64,000 nucleotides of DNA, from assembly GCA_963835405.1 (NCBI GenBank), contig CAWIFV010000010.1:15150-79149 (forward strand), written 5' to 3'. The position numbers and the translations under genes are program-made. Below the pieces are notes generated by a model, which saw only the letters and a program-made list of their open reading frames with translations, ran no database searches and was not told the origin of the DNA. Shown in pieces: positions 55,617 to 64,000 of the stretch. The DNA comes from an uncultured Actinomycetota bacterium (lineage in GTDB: Bacteria; Actinomycetota; Actinomycetes; JAFAQI01). How positions within the stretch are numbered: the stretch's first letter is position 1; every line of letters starts with the position of its first letter.

Positions 55617-55640
55617 TATATACAGTAGGGGGGTATGGTA
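55617..55640. promoter_or_regulatory. CsoR-operator-like GC-cored pseudo-palindrome upstream of csoR
   Basis: TATATACAGTAGGGGGGTATGGTA lies 25 nt before the csoR ATG. It resembles the ATACC...GGGGTAT-type CsoR boxes known from other Gram-positives, but the left arm is imperfect. Confidence 0.35.
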
Positions 55641-55664
55641 GGCGGCAACCGACGGGAGGGCCCG

Positions 55665-55947
55665 ATGCCCGGATACGCCGCGGACAAGGAGTCGCTGCAG
55701 AAGCGCCTGCGCCGCATCGAGGGCCAGGTCCGCGGCCTGCAGCGGATGGTCGACGAGGACACCTACTGCATCGACGTCCTGACCCAGATCTCCGCCGCGA
55801 CGAGGGCGTTGGAGGCCGTCGCGCTCCACCTGCTCGAGGAGCACATGCGCCACTGCGTGCAGGAGGCGCTCGCTAGCAGGCGGCCCGGAGGCCGACGCGA
55901 AGATCAACGAGGCGACGGAGGCGGTTCGCCGCCTCGTCCGCTCATGA
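55665..55947 (+). pseudogene. csoR: copper-sensing repressor CsoR, one frame break near 55876
   Basis: ORF 55635..56165 begins MPGYAADKESLQKRLRRIEGQVRGLQRMVDEDTYCIDVLTQISAATRALEAVALHLLEEHMRHCV (C-H-C ligands). The tail GGPEADAKINEATEAVRRLVRS-TGA lies in the +1 frame. Confidence 0.8.
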
Positions 55948-55961
55948 CGGAAGGAGACGCC

Positions 55962-56165
55962 GTGACCACGCACACCTACACCGTCGAGGGTATGAGCTGC
56001 CAGCACTGTGTGGACGCGATCACCGGTGAGGTCACCAAGCTCGACGGCGTCTCGGCGGTCGACGTCGATCTCGACGCCAAGACCGTCGCCGTCTCCGGCG
56101 ACCCGCTGGACGACGACGCCGTCGCGGCCGCCATCGACGAGGCGGGCTACACAGTCGTCCACTGA
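55962..56165 (+). CDS. copZ: heavy-metal-associated copper chaperone CopZ
   Basis: GTG 55962 follows GAAGGAG and gives [23 protein letters not shown] (MxCxxC). Confidence 0.8.
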   Translation: MTTHTYTVEGMSCQHCVDAITGEVTKLDGVSAVDVDLDAKTVAVSGDPLDDDAVAAAIDEAGYTVVH

Positions 56166-56181
56166 CGTGAAGGGACCGGCC

Positions 56182-58467
<2,286 letters not shown>

Positions 58468-58491
58468 CCCGCAGTCTCTTCGCGGCCCGCG

Positions 58492-60681
58492 TCAGCCGCG
58501 CCGGGTGAGCTCCTCGGTGAGCAACGTGACGAGGGCCTCGAGCTGGACGTCGACCGACACGGGCAGCTCCTCGTCGGACCCGTCCAGCGCCCGCGCCGCG
58601 AGCCCGGCCTTGCTGTCGATCAGCTCGGCGACCCGGGCGTCGATGGTCTGGGCCGCGATGATGCGCCAGGCGGTGACCGGCTGGTCCTGACCGATCCGGT
58701 GCACCCGGTCGATCGCCTGCGTCTGCTCGGCCGCGGTCCAGGAGAGCTCGGCGAGAACGACGTTGGAGGCGACCTGCAGGTTGATCCCGACGCCTGCGGC
58801 CATGAGCGAGCAGACCGCGACCGCCACGTCGTCGTCGTTCACGAAGGCATCGACGTTGGTCTGCCGCACCTTGGCGGTCTGGTCGCCACGGATCGACGAG
58901 TAGCCGATGCCACGACGCGCGAAGGTCTGCTCCGCCGCGTCCATCACGTCGACGTGCTTGGCGAAGAAGACGACCTTGCCGACGTTGTGCGACAGCTGGG
59001 CCGCGTAGTCCGCGGCGAGGAGGGCCTTCGCCTGCCCGATGCGCCGCATCAGCTTGAAGACGTTGTCCTCGCCGCTCGCCTCCTTCGCGTCCTGACGCTC
59101 GCGGGTGGCGACCTGCCGGACCAGCGCGTGGTCGATGCCGGATGGGATGACGCCGTCGTTCCGGGCGGCGAGGGCGCTGTCGTAGCGCTTGACGAGGCGA
59201 CGGGCCAGCGCGCGCTCGGCGTCGCGGATCGACTGCCCCATCGCGTCGTCGAGCTCGACGGGCATGTCGGCGATGCGCCGGGCCGGGATGTCCGCGGCGA
59301 CGTCGACCTTGCGGCGGCGGACGATGCCGAGGTCGATGACCGCCGACCGGGCGGTCGGGTAGAAGGCGGGGTCGGCCGGCGTCGTGCCGTGCTGCTCGAG
59401 TGCCTCCGTGAGCTCGGGACCGGGTTCGGACTCCCCGATCCAGCCCAGGAACTGCCAGATGGCCAGGAAGTCCTCGATGTCGTTGATGAGCGGCGTGCCG
59501 GTGAGGGCCATCAGCAGCGGGCGCACCGTTCGCATCCGGATCTTCCGGGACAGCTCGAGCACGTTGCGCGAGCGCAGCGAGGTCTTGTTCTTGATGAAGT
59601 GCGCCTCGTCGACGACCATGCCGCGGAACCCGTGGTTGCCCAGCCAGCCGACATGGCGGTCGAGCACGTCGTAGTTGACGACGACGATGTCGCAGAAGGC
59701 GTCGACCGTCTCTCCGTCGCTGTGGATGACCGTGACGGGATGGTTCGGCGTCCAGATGCCCGCCTCACGTGCCCAGCTGGTCTTGACGACGTTCGGTACG
59801 ACGGCGAGCAGCGGGTAGGCGTTGGCCGCCTCGGCGGCGAGCAGGGCCTCGGCCGTCTTGCCCAGGCCCGGCTCGTCGGCCAGCAGGAACGACCGGTGGC
59901 CGGCTGCGGCCGCCGCCACGACCTGTGCCTGGTGCGGCATGAGCGCCGGGCCCGACCGTCCCTGCAGCCTGGACGGCTCGGGCAGGTTCATGCACGACGG
60001 TGCGCCGCCACTTGCCTGCTCGAACGACCGCAGCAGCGGGCCCAGCAGCTCCCAGCCGGCCAGGAGGCGTGGCCTGGTCCGTGGTGGCGGCGGGGCGGAG
60101 TAGTCCGGTGCGAGGAAGGGGTTGGCCAGCTGCCGCGAGATGACGGACTGCGGGACGACGCGGCGTTCCTCCGCCGGCGAGGCCGGCTGCGGTTCGGTCG
60201 CCGCCGGCTCCGGGGGAGCCTCCATGCCCGCAGCGGCTCGCAGCTCGCGCAGCGCCGGACGCGTCCCGTCGAGGACGGGGGCGTCCTCGGTGAGCAACGT
60301 CAGCAGGGAGGCGTGGCCGGCGGCCGTCCTCGCCAAGGCGGTCGCGACGCCCTCGATCCGCTTCAGCTGCGCGTTGCGCTGCGCCTCGCCCACCTCGGCG
60401 TTCTTCACCTGGTCGCGCAGCTCGCGGACGAGAAGGGCGGCCGCCTGGAAGGTGGCACGCGTCGTCGGGCTCACCCGCCCTCGCTGCACCGCCAGCTCGA
60501 CGCCGCGCACGGCCTTCGCGAGTGCCGGGATCGGGCCGTCGTCCTGGCGGTTGCTGCGCTGCCGCTGGGGCGCGCGGCGGCCGCCACCGGAAGGCTGTCG
60601 GCCTCGTGTGACCACGTCGCTCCCCTCGAAGCACCGGCCCGACGACTCGGCGCAGCCGGACTCTTGCCTGTCCTGCCGCAC
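58492..60681 (-). CDS. SNF2-family DEAD/DEAH-box helicase with about 250-aa unique N-terminal region
   Basis: ORF 58492..60681 has LMPHQAQVV, ADEPGLGKT, DEAH (VVDEAHFIKN) and a helicase C domain (QAIDRVHRIGQ). The likely real start is GTG 60615, after GAGGGGAG. Confidence 0.8.
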   Translation of the reverse strand: MRQDRQESGCAESSGRCFEGSDVVTRGRQPSGGGRRAPQRQRSNRQDDGPIPALAKAVRGVELAVQRGRVSPTTRATFQAAALLVRELRDQVKNAEVGEAQRNAQLKRIEGVATALARTAAGHASLLTLLTEDAPVLDGTRPALRELRAAAGMEAPPEPAATEPQPASPAEERRVVPQSVISRQLANPFLAPDYSAPPPPRTRPRLLAGWELLGPLLRSFEQASGGAPSCMNLPEPSRLQGRSGPALMPHQAQVVAAAAAGHRSFLLADEPGLGKTAEALLAAEAANAYPLLAVVPNVVKTSWAREAGIWTPNHPVTVIHSDGETVDAFCDIVVVNYDVLDRHVGWLGNHGFRGMVVDEAHFIKNKTSLRSRNVLELSRKIRMRTVRPLLMALTGTPLINDIEDFLAIWQFLGWIGESEPGPELTEALEQHGTTPADPAFYPTARSAVIDLGIVRRRKVDVAADIPARRIADMPVELDDAMGQSIRDAERALARRLVKRYDSALAARNDGVIPSGIDHALVRQVATRERQDAKEASGEDNVFKLMRRIGQAKALLAADYAAQLSHNVGKVVFFAKHVDVMDAAEQTFARRGIGYSSIRGDQTAKVRQTNVDAFVNDDDVAVAVCSLMAAGVGINLQVASNVVLAELSWTAAEQTQAIDRVHRIGQDQPVTAWRIIAAQTIDARVAELIDSKAGLAARALDGSDEELPVSVDVQLEALVTLLTEELTRRG

Positions 60682-60953
60682 CGCGTCGCCGCCCCTGACG
60701 CGTCGCTCCCGCGCTTCCCCGGCGGGGGCTCACGGGGGCACCCGGCCATCTCGTGTCCAACGCCGATGCCGGGGCGGAATCAGAACCGGTGAGCGGTTGC
60801 GGTCCTACCGGGGATCGCGATGCGCGGCGCACAACTGATGGCGGATGCCTCAGAACGCCTTCACTCTACCGCTGACCGGGCGGTGCGCGGGCCTGCAGTC
60901 CGGTTCACCGTCAACGTCGGCCCGGTACGCCGGCATGAGTAGCATCCCGGCGT

Positions 60954-61751
60954 ATGACTGAGGGGCCGTCCGCGCCCGGCGACTACACGACCATCACCTA
61001 CGAGCTGTCCGACCACGTGGCCACGGTCACGCTCAACCGGCCGGACCGGCTCAACGCCTTCAACCAGACGATGTGCGACGAGTTCGAGCATCTGTGGGCG
61101 TGGGTGCAGGCCGACGACGACGTCCGGGTGGTGGTGCTGCAGGCCGCGGGTGACCGCGCGTTCTGCACCGGTGTCGACGTCCAGGAGGGCGTCACGACGT
61201 CGGACAACATCTGGGGCCAGCGCGATCCGGGGGCGCAGCTGGGGCCCAAGCAGAACCAGGTGTGGAAGCCACTCGTCGTCGCGCTGCACGGCATGGTCGC
61301 CGGCGGCGCCTTCTACTGGGTCAACGAGGCCGACATCGTCATCTGCTCCGACGACGCCATGTTCTTCGATCCTCATGTCAGCTACGGGATGACCGCGGCG
61401 CTCGAGCCCATCGGTCTCGCCCGGCGGATCCCGCTGGGCGAGGCGCTCCGGATCGCGCTCCTGGGCCTGGACGAGCGGATGTCGGCGGCGCGGGCGCGCG
61501 AGATCGGGCTCGTCTCCGAGGTGGTCGGCCGGGAGGAGCTTCGCGCGCGGGTCGCCGAGATCGGCCGGGTCGTCGCGCAGAAACCGCCCGCGGCCGTCCA
61601 GGGCACCGTCAAGGCGGTGTGGCAGTCGCTCGACATGACCCGCAGCGGCGCCCTCGACGTGGGCATCACCTACGCCCAGCTGGGCAACCCGGTCGGTCAG
61701 GCCGAGGTCGACCGGTCCACGTTCGAGAAACCGCAGTGGCGGCTGCGCTGA
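60954..61751 (+). CDS. enoyl-CoA hydratase/isomerase-family protein
   Basis: ORF 60954..61751 shows the crotonase fold pattern (VTLNRPDRLNAF...AAGDRAFCTGVD...ALHGMVAGGAF). Confidence 0.8.
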   Translation: MTEGPSAPGDYTTITYELSDHVATVTLNRPDRLNAFNQTMCDEFEHLWAWVQADDDVRVVVLQAAGDRAFCTGVDVQEGVTTSDNIWGQRDPGAQLGPKQNQVWKPLVVALHGMVAGGAFYWVNEADIVICSDDAMFFDPHVSYGMTAALEPIGLARRIPLGEALRIALLGLDERMSAARAREIGLVSEVVGREELRARVAEIGRVVAQKPPAAVQGTVKAVWQSLDMTRSGALDVGITYAQLGNPVGQAEVDRSTFEKPQWRLR

Positions 61752-61759
61752 GCGGCGAC

Positions 61760-62677
61760 ATGCGCTTCACCGTCGACTACCCGATCGGCTCGGCCGGCTT
61801 CGCGCCGGCGTTCTGCGAACCGGACACCGTCACCCGGTTCGCGCGGGCGGTCGAGGCGGCAGGTTTCGACGCGATTGCCTTCACCGAGCACCCGGCGCCG
61901 TCCAAGAAGTGGCTCGACAGCGGTGGGCACGAGAGCTTCGACCCGCTGACCGCGCTCGCGTTCTGTGCCGCGTCGACGTCCCGGCTGCGCCTGATGACCT
62001 ACCTGCTCGTGCTGCCCTACCGCACCCCGCTGCTGGCCGCGAAACAGATCGCCACGGCCGATGTCCTTTCCGGCGGGCGCACCGTGATCACCGTCGGGGC
62101 GGGCTACCTCCGGTCGGAGTTCGCCGCCCTTGGCGTCGACTTCGAGGAGCGCAACCACCTCCTCGACGAGGCCCTCGAGGTGCTGACCACGCTGTGGTCC
62201 GGCGCGGAGTTCGCGTTCGAGGGGCGCCACTTCGTGGCGCCGGGGCAGGTCAGCCGCCCCGCTCCGACGCAGCAGCCGCACCCGCCGATCTGGATCGGCG
62301 GCGACAGCCGCCGGGCCAGGCGGCGCGTGGCGGCGTACGGCCAGGGTTGGGCGCCGATGCTCCTCGACGAGGCCATGTCCGCCTCGACGCGGACGGCGCC
62401 GCTCGGCTCGGTCGGCGCGCTGCGGGACGCCGTCGCCGACCTGCGCGGCCTGGTGGCGGACGCCGGGCGCGACCCTTCCGGCATCGACGTGCAGGTGCAG
62501 TGGCGGCCGGCCAGCACCATCGACGGTGATCCGGCCGCCGCCCTGGAGCGGATCGACGAGCTCGCCGGCGCGGGCGTCACCTGGCTGGCGCTCAACCCTC
62601 CCGTCGACGACGTGTCGCGCTGCCTCGACCTCCTCGCCTCCTACGGCGAGGATGTCATCCGTCCGCTGCGCGGCTGA
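61760..62677 (+). CDS. LLM-class (luciferase-like) flavin/F420-dependent oxidoreductase
   Basis: ATG 61760 within ORF 61262..62677 gives MRFTVDYPIG...FDAIAFTEHP...PPIWIGGDS. Confidence 0.7.
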   Translation: MRFTVDYPIGSAGFAPAFCEPDTVTRFARAVEAAGFDAIAFTEHPAPSKKWLDSGGHESFDPLTALAFCAASTSRLRLMTYLLVLPYRTPLLAAKQIATADVLSGGRTVITVGAGYLRSEFAALGVDFEERNHLLDEALEVLTTLWSGAEFAFEGRHFVAPGQVSRPAPTQQPHPPIWIGGDSRRARRRVAAYGQGWAPMLLDEAMSASTRTAPLGSVGALRDAVADLRGLVADAGRDPSGIDVQVQWRPASTIDGDPAAALERIDELAGAGVTWLALNPPVDDVSRCLDLLASYGEDVIRPLRG

Positions 62678-62759
62678 CCGCCTCCTGGTGCTGTCCGCAC
62701 GCGTCGGTTCGGCGTTCGCGCCGGTGGGATAGTTGGGCGGAGACGAGGGGAGCGCGGTG

Positions 62760-64000
62760 ATGGATGCGGTGATCTGCGAGCCGGTGCGAACGCCGGTCGG
62801 TCGGTTCGGCGGGATGCTCCGTGAGGTGCCCGCGGCAGACCTGGGTACGACGGTCGTCCGCGCGCTGCTCGACCGGACCGGCCTGCCGGGCGACGAGGTC
62901 GACGACGTGATCTTCGGTCACTGCTATCCCACGAGCGAGGCGCCCGCCATCGGCCGGGTCATCGCCCTCGACGCGGGCCTGCCGATCGAGGTCGGCGGCA
63001 TGCAGATCGACCGTCGTTGCGGTTCCGGGCTGCAGTCGGTCGTCAACGCCGTCATGCAGGTGGCGACCGGCGCGAGCCGGGTCGTGATCGCCGGCGGCGC
63101 GGAGAGCATGAGCACGGTGCCGTTCTACACGAACGAGATGCGGTGGGGTGCCCGGCAGGGGAGCGTCACGCTGCACGACCCGCTGTCACGCGGGCGGACG
63201 ACACCGGGCGGCAGGCACTACCCGGTCGAGGGCGGCATGCTCGAGACGGCCGAGAACCTGCGCCGCGACTACGCCATCCCCCGAGCCGAGCAGGACGCGT
63301 TCGCGCTGCGTTCGCACCAGCGGGCCGTCGACGCGCAGCGGACGGGGCGCTTTCGCCGCTGAGATCGTGCCGGTGACCGTGTCCGGCCGCAAGGGCGACG
63401 TCGTCGTCGACACGGACGAGCACCCGCGCGCCGACACCACGCCTCGACTCACTGGCGGCACTGCGGCCGGTCCGGCTGAAGCTGGATGCCGAGGCCACCG
63501 TCACCGCCGGCAACTCCAGCGGTCAGAACGACGGCGCGGCCGCCTGTGTCGTGACGTCTCGCGACCATGCCGAGCGGTTGGGGCTGCGACCGCTCGCCCG
63601 GCTCGTCTCCTGGGCGGTCGCCGGCGTGCCACCCGGCACGGATGGGTCTCGGTCCGGTGCCGGCGACCGCTGCCGCACTCGACCGGGCCGGGCTGAAGCT
63701 CGACGAGATCGACCTCATCGAGCTCAACGAGGCGTTCGCCGCGCAGGTGCTCGCCTGCACCCGCGAGTGGGGTCTCGGCACCGGGGACCTCGACCGGCTC
63801 AACGTCAACGGTTCGGGCATCTCGCTGGGTCACCCTGTCGGCGCGACGGGCAGCCGCATCCTCGCCACGATGCTGCACGAGATGCAGCGGCGCGAGGCGC
63901 GCTACGGGCTGGAGACGATGTGCATCGGCGGCGGCCAGGGCATCGCCGCGGTCTTCGAGCGCGCTGTCCTGACTCACCGGCGCGGCCGGGGTCACCGCAG
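62760..64000 (+). pseudogene. acetyl-CoA C-acyltransferase (thiolase), several frame breaks, 3' end not resolved in window
   Basis: ATG 62760 within ORF 62733..63362 (VICEPVRTPVGRFGG, active-site region QIDRRCGSGLQSV). Later parts are in other frames ([43 protein letters not shown]). Confidence 0.75.

Overview
This is a high-GC (by eye about 70%+) actinobacterial chromosome segment. Its backbone is a conserved core gene set: mtrA-mtrB-lpqB, comF-like, hpf, a LuxR-type response regulator, secA, an Rv3235-like gene, a Tad/Flp pilus locus, prfB, ftsE-ftsX, smpB and ssrA (tmRNA). Accessory material is interleaved with this core. It includes an MNT/HEPN toxin-antitoxin-like pair, a lipid and proline metabolism block (acyl-CoA dehydrogenase, WS/DGAT, patatin, pruA), and a 1789-aa tandem Ig-like repeat protein translationally coupled to a membrane GAF-GGDEF diguanylate cyclase. 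It also includes three LPXTG (LPFTG) surface proteins, a truncated IS1380-like remnant, a csoR-copZ-copA copper module and an SNF2-family helicase. The most interesting signal is a roughly 90-nt conserved and apparently structured 5' leader. It occurs three times, each 24-32 nt upstream of the start codon of one of the three LPXTG genes. Its stems change sequence between copies but stay complementary, and two copies share an invariant 25-nt 3' block. I treat it as a candidate cis-regulatory RNA that I cannot assign to a known family by eye. Other notable points are a 30-bp perfect direct repeat that duplicates the 3' end of the cyclase gene and brackets a single-gene 1.04-kb insert, a 28-bp repeat pair interleaved with it, and the Tad locus being split by about 20.6 kb. 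Many conserved genes, including secA, mtrB, lpqB and pruA, are broken by frameshifts, and WS/DGAT carries one in-frame TAG. The breaks are strongly clustered, so they reflect either uneven sequence quality or real gene decay, and all broken genes are reported as disrupted. Coordinates of frame breaks are approximate. No tRNA, rRNA or CRISPR array was seen.
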